Virus record (IMG/VR): IMGVR_UViG_3300036861_000507
Location: 29,969 to 93,968 of that record
DNA: 64,000 nucleotides
Direction: 5' to 3' (one strand)
Origin: a virus
In this document: positions 8,905 through 18,171 of the stretch, piece after piece
Numbering within the stretch: position 1 is the stretch's first letter
How the letters are laid out: each line of letters opens with the position of its first letter
Program-made: the position numbers and the translations under genes
Notes under the pieces: generated by a model
What the model was told of the DNA's origin: nothing
Database searches by the model: none
Seen by the model: only the letters and a program-made list of their open reading frames with translations

Positions 8905-9183
8905 TCACGCTGCTTTCGCCTCCTGCATCATGCCTCGCATCTCCAAGGCCGCGACGCGCAACGCGAGGACGTCGAACTCCGCCCGCGATACGCTCTTGGC
9001 AACGGGGTACATGAAGTGCTCCCGCTTGTAGGCCTTGACCCACTTCGGCATTCTTCCCCGTCCGAACCATCTCTGTCCGGTGTCGGGGTCCTCGCAGACG
9101 AAGGGCGGGACCTGGGCACGCTGGCGGCGCTCCCGCTGGAGGGGAAGGGAGAGCTGGGCCGGGGTCTGGGTCGGGCGGATCAT
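8905..9183 (-). CDS. H-NS DNA-binding-domain protein
   Basis: DPDTGQRWFGRGRMPKWV matches the H-NS/Bv3F C-terminal motif. Confidence 0.72.
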   Translation of the reverse strand: MIRPTQTPAQLSLPLQRERRQRAQVPPFVCEDPDTGQRWFGRGRMPKWVKAYKREHFMYPVAKSVSRAEFDVLALRVAALEMRGMMQEAKAA

Positions 9184-9455
9184 GCTGCGCTCTCGTCCTC
9201 GACCCGCTCCACCTTGATCAGGCTGTCCCCCAGCAGCTCCTCGAACATCTCCATCACCTCGGCCATGACGACGTCGTAGACCCGGTGCCGGTTGGTGCTC
9301 GACAATTCCTCCGCCTCTCGCAACTGCGAGGCCAGATCCTTGCCGCGCCGGAAGCGGGCGAGGTTGGACCTGGGCTGGGCGGGCCGGCGGATGATGCGCT
9401 CCGGCCCCGTCTGCTGGACCTTGACGATGCCGAGGTTGAGGGGTTGAGCGGTCAC
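9180..9455 (-). CDS. Hypothetical protein
   Basis: Coupled ORF, GTG start. Confidence 0.55.
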   Translation of the reverse strand: MTAQPLNLGIVKVQQTGPERIIRRPAQPRSNLARFRRGKDLASQLREAEELSSTNRHRVYDVVMAEVMEMFEELLGDSLIKVERVEDESAA

Positions 9456-9670
9456 GCTGCGACCTCCGGCTTCCTGTGTCTCGCCAGCCAGTCGATCGCC
9501 GCCGCCCGCGAGGGGAACTTGGCATCGAGCCACGGCATGCCGCGCTTCCGCTCGCGCAGGAATATCTTGGCGTGCACGACGCCTTTCTCTTTGTGCAGCA
9601 CGAACCGGTAGGGACCTTCGGTGGCCACATCCATCTTGCCGGTGGTGCGGACGAAGTGGAGCTCCTTCAC
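9452..9670 (-). CDS. Hypothetical protein
   Basis: Coupled ORF, GGAGG RBS. Confidence 0.55.
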   Translation of the reverse strand: MKELHFVRTTGKMDVATEGPYRFVLHKEKGVVHAKIFLRERKRGMPWLDAKFPSRAAAIDWLARHRKPEVAA

Positions 9671-10137
9671 GCCGCCTCCTCCCGGAACATGTCGCCCTGC
9701 GCGCGCTTGCCGTTGAGGTAGGCGAGCGCTTCGGCCTTCACTTTCTCCAGTGCCTCCTGCGCATCCTCCGGCATCAGCGGAGATTTGCCGGTGGCGCTGT
9801 ATTGGGCGTAGGGCAGATGCGGTGTGTTGAGGACCAGCGGGGAATTGGCCGTGCCCAGATGCACGAACGCGGTGATGGTCGCGCCCTCCACGTCCTCGTC
9901 GGACTTGGAGAACGACACGCCGCCGATGGTGATGGCGCCGTTCCACTGCTCCAACTTCAGTTCGAGGATGCCGCGTAGATGCTTGACGAGAACGTCGAAC
10001 GCCTTGGTGAAAGACGGGGACGGCTCATCCGAGCACTTGAGCAGCGTCGTCTTGACGTTCTCGGCGAGGTTGCCGATCGGCTCCTCGGCCGTGATCTCGA
10101 CCTTGCCGTCCTTGTATTTGACCTTGGTGATGTCCAT
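9667..10137 (-). CDS. Hypothetical protein ending in QGDMF (clamp-binding-like) motif
   Basis: MDITKVKYKDG...YLNGKRAQGDMF. Confidence 0.65.
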   Translation of the reverse strand: MDITKVKYKDGKVEITAEEPIGNLAENVKTTLLKCSDEPSPSFTKAFDVLVKHLRGILELKLEQWNGAITIGGVSFSKSDEDVEGATITAFVHLGTANSPLVLNTPHLPYAQYSATGKSPLMPEDAQEALEKVKAEALAYLNGKRAQGDMFREEAA

Positions 10138-10361
10138 CACACCAATCCTTTCTCGGTCGCCACACGCTCTGGCATCGTTACGGTGCCGTCGTCGTTCACC
10201 TCGCACTGGCTCTTCGGAATCCAGAACCACTTGTCCCGTTGTGTAATCTCACCCGTCCTCGGGTCGGCGTGTTCCTCCGTGGTCCCATCGGTGATGGCGA
10301 TGGCTTTCTCGGTCTCGCGCACGACCTTGCAGGCGATGTCCACCAGCGTTGCGTCGCTCAT
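10137..10361 (-). CDS. Conserved small phage protein
   Basis: ETEKAI..WIPKSQ..TVTMPE..A.EKGL. Confidence 0.7.
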   Translation of the reverse strand: MSDATLVDIACKVVRETEKAIAITDGTTEEHADPRTGEITQRDKWFWIPKSQCEVNDDGTVTMPERVATEKGLV

Positions 10362-10590
10362 CCCTTCCTCCTGCACAGTTCCCGATACGCCGGCACGCTC
10401 ACCCGCCTCCACTCCAGGCCAGCCGCCTGGTCGGCCCTGACCTGCTCCAGGTAGTCCGCGCGCCGCTTGGCCCTGCCAGTAGAGAGCGTTTCGCCGTTGG
10501 CGTGCTTCCTCTCCGCCGCGAGCTTGCGCTTGCGTGCCGTGCGCTTGGCGAGACGCTTGGCCTGCCGCAGCCCGCACATTCTCTCCGCCA

Positions 10591-10899
10591 TCATCCGCAT
10601 CGCGCGCTCCCGTTGACCGGCCGGCCCCCGGCAGGAACCAGTGCGGCTCTTTCGTGTGCAAGGCTGTCGAGGTCCAGTACCAATGCCTTGGTGGCGTCCG
10701 ACTCGGCGCCGCGATAGGCGAGCGCATTCGCCAGGCGCATCGCATCCCATGGCGTTCGGCTGCGACGGAAGCCCTCGATCTCCAATCGGACGGCGTAGGA
10801 ATCCGGACTGGCAGCGACGGCGCGGTCGCACAGATTGTCGACCAGCTCGGACTCCATCGGGCGCAGATGCGCGAGGCCTTCGCCGGGCGTATCGCTCAT
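10591..10899 (-). CDS. Hypothetical protein
   Basis: Coupled ORF. Confidence 0.55.
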   Translation of the reverse strand: MSDTPGEGLAHLRPMESELVDNLCDRAVAASPDSYAVRLEIEGFRRSRTPWDAMRLANALAYRGAESDATKALVLDLDSLAHERAALVPAGGRPVNGSARCG

Positions 10900-11177
10900 G
10901 GCCCCGCCCCCTGCATGGAATTGTAAGCACCCGCCCCGCCCTGCTGGACCGTCTCTGCCTGCGGCGGCAGGAGGTCGATGTGGGAGAGCGGCTTGTAACC
11001 GGAGAGCCCCTTGAGCTTGACGACCGGCTTGCCGCCGCTGAGATGGAAGACGCGGCCTGCGGTCTCGGTGTCGAAGTAGGGCGGGACGGCTTGGGCGTGC
11101 GACAGTTGCGGCGTCTTGCCCATCGGCCAGAAGCGCACGCGGATGCCGGCGCTGGGTAAATCGGATACGGTCGTCAT
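10896..11177 (-). CDS. Hypothetical protein
   Basis: Coupled ORF. Confidence 0.55.
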   Translation of the reverse strand: MTTVSDLPSAGIRVRFWPMGKTPQLSHAQAVPPYFDTETAGRVFHLSGGKPVVKLKGLSGYKPLSHIDLLPPQAETVQQGGAGAYNSMQGAGP

Positions 11178-11620
11178 GCGGAGTCTCCAGCTTGCATCAC
11201 GCTCGCACGCGCATCGGATTTCTTGCGGCTGCCGACCCGGCTGCAAATCTCGACTGCCCGCTGGCACAATTCCTCGTCGAACATCCCGACGTGGCACTGC
11301 TCGAATGCGATCCCCAGCTCACGTGCCAGCCAGGCGTAGGCCTTGCGCCGCGCGATGCCCTTGCCGCACTTGTCCCTGGCCTGCTTGGCCTGCCACAGCG
11401 GATCGAAGACGGCGTGGACGCCCTGCTTCGCACGGCGGAGCTCGGCGTTGGCGAGGATGCCGAGCGGCTTGGTGGTGCCGGGATGACATCCAACCCATGC
11501 TCCGCAAGGCGCGCAGTGCCAGAAGCGCTTCGCAGCCAGGTCCTCCCGGTGCGGATAGATGGCGGAGCCGGGGACGAGGGTGGCTGGGTTGCGGCAGTAG
11601 GTGCAGAGGATGTCGGTCAT
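11174..11620 (-). CDS. DUF3268-type zinc-finger phage protein
   Basis: CTYC..IYPHR..CAPCGAWVGCH..PLG..FDPLW..AYAWLA..CHVGMF. Confidence 0.82.
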   Translation of the reverse strand: MTDILCTYCRNPATLVPGSAIYPHREDLAAKRFWHCAPCGAWVGCHPGTTKPLGILANAELRRAKQGVHAVFDPLWQAKQARDKCGKGIARRKAYAWLARELGIAFEQCHVGMFDEELCQRAVEICSRVGSRKKSDARASVMQAGDSA

Positions 11621-11979
11621 GCCGCGATCTCCCGCGCATGGCTCTGCGCCACCAGCCACGCCTCGAACTTGGCTTTCCAGTAGTCGAACTCACCCCGCGC
11701 CTTGTTGGCCTCGTAGCGCGCTCGCGCGATCTCGCCGACGTGGTCGTGCCAGGATTGCGTGGCCTTCACCTCGCGCTCTGCAGCGGCAACGGAAAGCTCT
11801 CCGCCCAGCGCCTTGCAGCGCCTCGCCAGCTCGGCGGTCTTCTTCTCCTCCAGCTCGTAGGCCTTGGCGTCGGCCTCCGCCCAGGCGAGCGCGAACACCC
11901 TCAGTTGCTCGGGGATGTCCATGCCGGCGATCTGGGCGAGGCGCACGGCGCTGTCGAGGGCTCTATGCAGCTGCGGCAT
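11617..11979 (-). CDS. Helical hypothetical protein of recombination module
   Basis: Coupled to exonuclease gene. Confidence 0.6.
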   Translation of the reverse strand: MPQLHRALDSAVRLAQIAGMDIPEQLRVFALAWAEADAKAYELEEKKTAELARRCKALGGELSVAAAEREVKATQSWHDHVGEIARARYEANKARGEFDYWKAKFEAWLVAQSHAREIAA

Positions 11980-12589
11980 GCTTGTACCCCCTGATCTGAT
12001 CGACGGTCCTGGCTAGCTCGGCGTTGAAGAGCTCGACGGCGTCCGCCAAACCGCGGATATAGGCCTCGTCGCGATAGGCCCGCTTCACGAACAGCGGCAT
12101 CTTCGGCCAATAGACGCACAGATCTATGTGGTCGCGCTCGGCAATCCAGAGCGCCCCTTGGCACTGAGCACGATGCGCCGGCGGGAACTCGTCCTTGAGC
12201 AGCGTCTCGATCAGCAGATCGCCGCGCTGGGTCTTGATCTCGAGCATTCCGTTCTCGCCGATCAGAGAGTCCGGCGAGCACCCCTTGGGACCGTTGCGGA
12301 TGAACCCCACGCGCTTCGGCTCGGCGTCGTGCATGAAGGCGTAAAGGTCGCGAGCCTCCGCTTCCATAGCCTGCCCTCTGGCCATATCGGGGCTGCAATA
12401 CGTCTCGACCGGCGCGCCCGTGAGAACTTCGGCCGCCAGGCGCAACATGTAGCTGCGCCGCATCTTGCTCTCACCGCCGCCGCGGCCATTGGCCAGGAGG
12501 CAGTGGAACTCGGAGGCCGTAACGAGCCCGCGGCGCAACTCTCGCCATTGGTCCGTTCCCTGTTCGACATCGGCAATGATTTGCAGCAT
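11963..12589 (-). CDS. YqaJ/lambda-type exonuclease
   Basis: EQGTDQW..R.G.VTASE, GCSPD, LEIK, AQCQG. Confidence 0.9.
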   Translation of the reverse strand: MLQIIADVEQGTDQWRELRRGLVTASEFHCLLANGRGGGESKMRRSYMLRLAAEVLTGAPVETYCSPDMARGQAMEAEARDLYAFMHDAEPKRVGFIRNGPKGCSPDSLIGENGMLEIKTQRGDLLIETLLKDEFPPAHRAQCQGALWIAERDHIDLCVYWPKMPLFVKRAYRDEAYIRGLADAVELFNAELARTVDQIRGYKHAAAA

Positions 12590-12598
12590 GGCGCGACC

Positions 12599-13723
12599 CT
12601 AGTAGCTCACAGTGATGTGGGGGATTTCCCCGCGCGCGATGGCGGCGATGACGATGTGCGCCGTCTTGGTATCGAGGCCGGCACAGTCCCCCAGCGCATC
12701 GGCAATCGCCTTGTTGATCTTGGCGACGTGCTTGGCGTTAGCCTCGCGCTTGGCGGCGGCCGCGTCCTCTGCGGCCTTGGAGTCGGCGACGCGCTTGCGT
12801 TCGGCCTCGATGGCGGCGAGTTGGTCGCGCGCGGCCTTCTCCTCGGCCTCCTTGCGGGCGCGCTCGGCCCTTTCGGCTGCGGCATTCTTGTCGGCTTCGG
12901 CGCGCTCGGCGCGGGCGATGGCGTCGGCCTTCTCGCGCTCGGCACGCAGCCGCTCCTGCTCGATGCGCTCACGCTCAAGGGCGGCGCGACGCTCTGCCGC
13001 GCGGGCCTCGGCTTGGGCCTTCTCCTCGGCTTGCTGGCGGGCGCGCTCGGCTGCCGCGGCAGCGATCCTTTCCTCGCGCTCACGTTGCTCGCGAGCGGCG
13101 GCTTCCTGTCTCAACCGCTCCAGCTCGGCGCGCTCGGCCTCGCGCTTGACCGCCGCCTCGCGCAATGCCGTCAGCTTTTTGCGTACTCCCTCTGCGGCCT
13201 CGGCAGCCCGCACCGTGAACTCCTGCCAATCGCGCTGCGGGGCGGCGTCCAGTTCGGCGAGATGGGCGTCGATCTCCCGGACGGAGGGCTCGAGGTGGAA
13301 CGTGCCGCCGATGGCGATCAGCTGTGCCAGCGCCTGCTCGTGCGCATCGACGCGCGCCTGCTCGGCGTTCTCCCAATCGGTCAGGGGCTTGCGGACCTCG
13401 TCCCGCAGCGCGTCCAGCGCCTTCTCGATGAGGGTGCGTTCATTCGAGATGGCCTTCCAGGCGTCATAGTGGGTGCGGCCCAACTCCTGACCCCACTTGT
13501 CGAGCAGCGTCTTGGAGCGGGCGACCTTGTAGGCGAACGAGGCGATGTCCTTCCTGCCGATGGCCGTGGACATGTCACCCTTGAAGGCGCGCACCTCGGC
13601 CGTGATGCGGGCGAGCACGGCGTCGACCCCGCCCTCGGTGCTGAACACTTGCGCCGGGGTGAGGACCTTGGGGTCGATCAGCTCGGTGGAGGGCATGCGC
13701 TCCAGGGTGACGGCGTCGTTCAT
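12599..13723 (-). CDS. Coiled-coil phage protein (TolA-like annotation class)
   Basis: GRKDIASFAYKVARSKT, VRKPLTDWE, long E/A/R coiled coil, GEIPHITVSY. Confidence 0.8.
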   Translation of the reverse strand: MNDAVTLERMPSTELIDPKVLTPAQVFSTEGGVDAVLARITAEVRAFKGDMSTAIGRKDIASFAYKVARSKTLLDKWGQELGRTHYDAWKAISNERTLIEKALDALRDEVRKPLTDWENAEQARVDAHEQALAQLIAIGGTFHLEPSVREIDAHLAELDAAPQRDWQEFTVRAAEAAEGVRKKLTALREAAVKREAERAELERLRQEAAAREQREREERIAAAAAERARQQAEEKAQAEARAAERRAALERERIEQERLRAEREKADAIARAERAEADKNAAAERAERARKEAEEKAARDQLAAIEAERKRVADSKAAEDAAAAKREANAKHVAKINKAIADALGDCAGLDTKTAHIVIAAIARGEIPHITVSY

Positions 13724-14505
13724 TGGCTCTTCTCCCGGCGCTGATCGAGTCGGGTCATGGCTTCGTCGAAACGCGTGGCGGGCAGATCATCCACCTTCGC
13801 GATCTTGAAGTACTTGTTGAACTTCACGAGGTCGACGTTGGTGTCGACGATGGCCAATTGCAGCTTGGAGAGTTGCTCTTCGGAGATGGCTGCCGACGCG
13901 CCGGCCCCGTTGCCGTCGTCGTTCGCGTTGCCCTCTTCCGACGCGATGCCGGTCACCGCCTCGTAGGTCGCGAGCTTGAGATAGGTGGTGGTCGACTTGA
14001 TCTGTTGGATCGGGTTCTTGGAGCCCGACACGTCGGGTGGACCTGACAGTGACACGCGCTCCGAGTGCCCTCTGGCATGGGTCAGAACGCACGTGACCTT
14101 GATGCTCTTCTCGCCCTGATCGAACTCCCAACTGGCATCGAGCCCGTGCTTGCTCAGAGCCTCGTTGGTGGCGCCGACCACGTTGCCGATCGACGAATAG
14201 CTGGAATCGTACTGCTTGTTCTTCATGTCCTTGATGATGGTCGGGGCATTCGCCTTGAAGGCGGCCTTTGCCTCGGTGAACGCCTTCTTCGCCTGCGCCT
14301 GATCCATGCGCTGATAGAAGTCGAACGCCTGATTGATGCGCTCGATGGGCAGGTTGGTGTCCGTCATGATCCGCTCGAGGATCGCGAACATCGCTCCGCT
14401 GCTCTGAGGGAGCGCCGCGATCTGGGTGTTCGTAGCGGGAGCCCGATGGGCGACCGCCGTCGTTTCCCCCTCGGCTTCCATCAGTGCTGCGTTGGCGTCG
14501 GCCAT
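13720..14505 (-). CDS. erf: ERF-family single-strand annealing protein
   Basis: VTCVLTHARGH, GSKNPIQQIKSTTTY, DDG. Confidence 0.85.
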   Translation of the reverse strand: MADANAALMEAEGETTAVAHRAPATNTQIAALPQSSGAMFAILERIMTDTNLPIERINQAFDFYQRMDQAQAKKAFTEAKAAFKANAPTIIKDMKNKQYDSSYSSIGNVVGATNEALSKHGLDASWEFDQGEKSIKVTCVLTHARGHSERVSLSGPPDVSGSKNPIQQIKSTTTYLKLATYEAVTGIASEEGNANDDGNGAGASAAISEEQLSKLQLAIVDTNVDLVKFNKYFKIAKVDDLPATRFDEAMTRLDQRREKSQ

Positions 14506-14518
14506 GTCACGTCCTCCT

Positions 14519-14872
14519 TCACACTTCCACCGCACGCGTATAGAGCCGCTTGATCCAACTGCTTTCCGGGTCGGAGTAGGCCTGCCTGATGGCTCGGTCG
14601 ACCACGTCCTGCACGCGGTGGTTCCACGGATCGGACAGCAGTCGCAGCTCGATGCGCTGGGCGATGTCCTTGGGCGGAGCGATCTTCTCGATGATGGCCA
14701 CGTTGGTCCCGGCCCTGATCTCGACCCGGCCCAGTTCGATCTCGATGCTCATCACCCGCCACAGGCCGTCCTTGCCGAAGTCGATGGCGGCTGTGCCGTC
14801 GGCCAGGAGGCCGATCGAGCCACGGTCGTTGGAGAGGATGGGCAGGTCCTCGAAGTGGTATTCGCAGAGCAT
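14519..14872 (-). CDS. Hypothetical protein
   Basis: ORF in operon. Confidence 0.6.
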   Translation of the reverse strand: MLCEYHFEDLPILSNDRGSIGLLADGTAAIDFGKDGLWRVMSIEIELGRVEIRAGTNVAIIEKIAPPKDIAQRIELRLLSDPWNHRVQDVVDRAIRQAYSDPESSWIKRLYTRAVEV

Positions 14873-14938
14873 GGGGTCGTCCGTGGTGAGAGTGTGGGGC
14901 TCAGGAGTGGGTTGGGCGCGGGGTTGCGGGCGGGGCGA

Positions 14939-15244
14939 TCATGTCCGCACCCTCAGATGCATGTATTCCTCGGGGGTCATCTGTGGTGGTGCGAACTCGC
15001 CAAACAGTTCTTTCTGTGCTTGCTCGGCCCAGGCGGCGTCCCAGGCGGCTGCGAGCGCGTGCTTGTAGCCCGCCGCCGCATCCGGCACCCAGACGATGGG
15101 CCGTTCCGCGAGCCCGAGCGCAGCGATGTGGGCTCGCATCGCGGTCTCGACGCCAGCGCGGTCAAGCGTCGGCCGCCGCACATCGAACCGATGCAACCGC
15201 GCAATCGCTGCGCTCGCTTCCTTGCCGATGGTCGCCATGGTCAA
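14939..15244 (-). CDS. Hypothetical protein with AAWDAAW motif
   Basis: Coupled ORF. Confidence 0.5.
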   Translation of the reverse strand: MTMATIGKEASAAIARLHRFDVRRPTLDRAGVETAMRAHIAALGLAERPIVWVPDAAAGYKHALAAAWDAAWAEQAQKELFGEFAPPQMTPEEYMHLRVRT

Positions 15245-15588
15245 TCCGCCACCACCCGCATCTCGCCAGCATCAAACTCCCGTTGACGACGCACCCGATA
15301 GGTGCCCTGCGGCAACGCGATCGCGTCATGCTCCTCATGCTTGAGCGTGGCGCCACCCTTGTTGGCGATCTTGATGTGGCCGAGATAGAGTTGGGACGGG
15401 AGGTCGCGCGCGAGCGCGTCGTCGCGGAACATCACGGCGCCGCCGTAGAAGGCATGCCGGTGTCCCGTGACCTCGCCGCGCGCCAGCACGACGGCGCCGT
15501 CTGGGTCTACGTTGATGGGCTCCGAAGGCGCCGCGTCGGCGACGCGCTCCAGGATGATGTCGCCCTGGGCAAAAAATTCACGATGCAT
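15241..15588 (-). CDS. Conserved phage protein
   Basis: QGD..LARGEVTGHRH..HEEH..I.LP.G.Y.VRRQRE..RVVAD. Confidence 0.75.
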   Translation of the reverse strand: MHREFFAQGDIILERVADAAPSEPINVDPDGAVVLARGEVTGHRHAFYGGAVMFRDDALARDLPSQLYLGHIKIANKGGATLKHEEHDAIALPQGTYRVRRQREFDAGEMRVVAD

Positions 15589-15915
15589 ATTCGTTCTCCG
15601 GTTCTCGAAACGCGCACGCGTCTGTCTCAACCAATCGGGACGGCGAGCCCCTCCAAGATCAGCGATGCCCCGCATCGCGCGACCCCGTACGCACCACCAC
15701 TGACTCGCCGAACTCGCCGTCCCTCGGCCTTGCCTTGCGCTCACCCCGCACGGGCCGGGCCCTCACGCGGCCCACTTACGCAAGACTTCCCGCACCGGCC
15801 GATCTCTAAAAATTCGCCATTGCCGCGAACAGCACGATCCAGGCGATGGCCAAAACGCCGTACCAATCATCCAGCATGGGGCGCCTCCGCGAACCAGCCC
15901 GCGACCACGTCGGCG

Positions 15916-16040
15916 ATCTCGGCGAAGGTGTGCTTGTGACATGCTCCCCGGCCTTCAGACCGGAGCTTCCCAGTGGGGTTCTCCTGGCTCACAGCGGGGC
16001 TCCTTCTGCAAGCGTGCCCAGTCCGGCACGGGCGATGTTG
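15916..16040 (-). ncRNA. Putative omegaRNA 3' part with guide AAGCACACCTTCGCCGAGAT
   Basis: Overlaps tnpB 3' end and right end; guide inferred as flank after TCAC; 5' boundary unknown. Confidence 0.55.
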
Positions 16041-17095
16041 AGTGCGGCGTTAACGTCGCGATCGTGGACCGCTCCGCACTCGCTGCACTCCCATCGCCTT
16101 ACTCCAAGGTCTGCGATACCTTTCGGCCTCCCTTCCGGCAGTGCGCCGCAAGCGGAACAGACTTGGGAAGTGAAGCGCTCATCCACTTCCACCATCCTGC
16201 CCCCATGCCTCATGGCCTTGTAGGACAGCTGCGTGCGAAGCGTGGACCAGCCGGCATCGAGCACGCTCTTTGCCATCCTGGTCCGAGACAATCTGCTGCT
16301 CGACACGTTGCCCACGGCGATCAGGCCGTGGGCCAAGGCGATGCGAGCACTCGCCTTGTGAAGGTGATCCTTGCGTGCGTTGGCGATCTTCGTCGCAATG
16401 CTGCAGGCGAGCCGCTTCTTGTTGGCGCGCTGCGCCTTGCCGAGCTTCTCTTGCAGCCGACGATAGTGTTGCGGCGCGGCGATCTTCTCGCCCGTCGAGA
16501 GCGTGGCCAGCTCCTTCAGGCCGAGATCGATGCCAACCGCCGCTGCGCCCGATTTGGCGAACGCTTCGGCTGGGAACTCGACCGGCACGTTGATGTACCA
16601 GTGGCCCTTGGTATCGGCATTGAAGCTGCCCGCGTGGATCACGGAGCCCGCGGGAATGTCGCGCAGGTGCATCGGCTGATACTTGATGCCGCGGAACTTG
16701 AACGCTACACCATCGAACGTGACGTGCCCCTGATTGAACGGCACCCAGCCCAGGGACTTGCGGCCGCGAAACCGTAGCCACGCCTTCTTGTGCTGTTTCC
16801 GCGAGCGGTCGTACTGCTGGCACACCTTCTGAATCGTGTGGGCATGCAGGTCGAGCCACTTGCCGGCGCCAGCAGTGAGGCGCTGGAGGTCGACGGCCGT
16901 TAGCCACCTGCGCCCCGACTTGGCTGCCTTCTGCTGGGTCTCGTTGGCGTAGTTCCAGACATAGTGGACGGAGCGTGCCTGCCGGTTCAATTCGCGCGCA
17001 TGCTTGTCGCGCAGCCTGAACTTGAGCACCAACAGGATGGGCTCGCTATCCCCGCCCTGAAGGACGGGTCTTGCGCTCGCGAGTTCGTGGCTTGG
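15936..17095 (-). mobile_element. TnpB-only (IS1341-like) IS200/IS605-family element
   Basis: Left-end hairpin GACCCGTCCTTCAGGGCGGG after TTGAA; right-end hairpin CTCCGGTCTGAAGGCCGGGG ending TGTCAC; no tnpA. Confidence 0.8.
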
Positions 17096-17110
17096 TTCAA
17101 ACAGGGTCAT
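15989..17110 (-). CDS. tnpB: TnpB RNA-guided nuclease with rearranged RuvC-II glutamate
   Basis: GIDLG, IAVGN, VDERFTSQVCSACG, WECSECG, HDRDVNAALNI; start uncertain (in frame with phage ATG 17110). Confidence 0.92.
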   Translation of the reverse strand: MTLFEPSHELASARPVLQGGDSEPILLVLKFRLRDKHARELNRQARSVHYVWNYANETQQKAAKSGRRWLTAVDLQRLTAGAGKWLDLHAHTIQKVCQQYDRSRKQHKKAWLRFRGRKSLGWVPFNQGHVTFDGVAFKFRGIKYQPMHLRDIPAGSVIHAGSFNADTKGHWYINVPVEFPAEAFAKSGAAAVGIDLGLKELATLSTGEKIAAPQHYRRLQEKLGKAQRANKKRLACSIATKIANARKDHLHKASARIALAHGLIAVGNVSSSRLSRTRMAKSVLDAGWSTLRTQLSYKAMRHGGRMVEVDERFTSQVCSACGALPEGRPKGIADLGVRRWECSECGAVHDRDVNAALNIARAGLGTLAEGAPL

Positions 17111-17322
17111 GTGCTGCCTCCCTTTCGCGCCTCGTACGCTTCCCTCGACACGCACTCGATCCCGCGCGCCACCGGAACCCTCAAGCCGTCGGCGAGGATG
17201 ACGGTGCGCAAGATGCCGGCGTGCACCTGCTGCAGATCGGCAAGGCACTGGGCCTGGCTCGGCTGCGGCAGCGCGATCCGCTGGCCGGTGGTGAGGACCT
17301 GGATGATGAGGAACCACTTCAC
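17107..17322 (-). CDS. Small secreted protein
   Basis: MKWFLIIQVL, two Cys. Confidence 0.55.
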   Translation of the reverse strand: MKWFLIIQVLTTGQRIALPQPSQAQCLADLQQVHAGILRTVILADGLRVPVARGIECVSREAYEARKGGST

Positions 17323-17849
17323 GACGGCCGCCTCCCATCGTTACGTGAATGGACGATCTGTCGCCGCTTCTCGGCCAAATCGCGGATGGCACCGAGCGCG
17401 AACCGCTCGCGCACCTCGCGCATCAGCTCGACGCAATGGTCGGGATCGTGCCGGTGGCGCAGCCATAGCGCGAACAGCTCCCGGCGCAGCGCATAGGGAT
17501 CGATGGCCCGTACCCACCACCAGGACTCCTCCCCGTCGGGATGGTGGTGGAGGCTGTCATGGCAGTGCCAGCAGAGTGGGACGACGAACCAGTCGGGAGG
17601 CTGGCGCCCGAGCCCCGCCATGCGCCCCGCTTCTCCGAAGCGGATGTGGTGCGCGTGCATGGCGCGATTTTCGGGGCAGGTGCAGCACGACACCTGATTG
17701 ATGATGGCGACGTAGCGGGGCATGCGCCAGCCGGGCGGGACGGACACGCCCTTGCGCGCTTGGAAGCGCTCGGCGGGGCTGGGTCTGAAGTTGGCTAGCA
17801 CGTGCGGTGTCTCAATCTCGTAGGCTCTATCCCGTCGACGCATGGTCAT
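17319..17849 (-). CDS. DUF968/Ref-like His-Cys nuclease
   Basis: CCTC..HAHH..VVPLCWHCH..H. Confidence 0.75.
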   Translation of the reverse strand: MTMRRRDRAYEIETPHVLANFRPSPAERFQARKGVSVPPGWRMPRYVAIINQVSCCTCPENRAMHAHHIRFGEAGRMAGLGRQPPDWFVVPLCWHCHDSLHHHPDGEESWWWVRAIDPYALRRELFALWLRHRHDPDHCVELMREVRERFALGAIRDLAEKRRQIVHSRNDGRRPS

Positions 17850-17960
17850 GAACGCAACCTCCGCAAATGAACTCGTTGTCGCCGGACGCCCTGTCCGTGG
17901 GATGTGGGGCCCGCGGTACCAATGGGGGTTGGGGCGGGCCGGAGCATCCGGCGACAAACA

Positions 17961-17990
17961 TCACTCTACCAACTCGGTAGAGAATTGCAA
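17961..17990 (-). promoter_or_regulatory. Leftward early promoter with operator CTCTACC-N5-GGTAGAG
   Basis: TTGCAA-16-TAGAGT on minus strand; palindrome 17964-17982; half site 18010-18016. Confidence 0.75.
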
Positions 17991-18171
17991 GGCCTATTTT
18001 CTCAAATTCGGTAGAGGCTGTTCCACAGGTGTGCCGCCGCTGCAACAAAGTTCCATAATTTGTGAAGCTCGCGCATAGACCCGATTGCAACTGCTGCTAG
18101 AGTGCGACGTCTACGTACGTTAGTGACGACACAGCAAAAAACGGGAACACACCTGTTGGGGGGGTGGAGGT

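Noticed and set aside
15989-17110. Nuclease-dead TldR-type repressor
   Set aside because: Both Asp residues and the alternative Glu are present, both IS ends are intact, and the guide equals the flank
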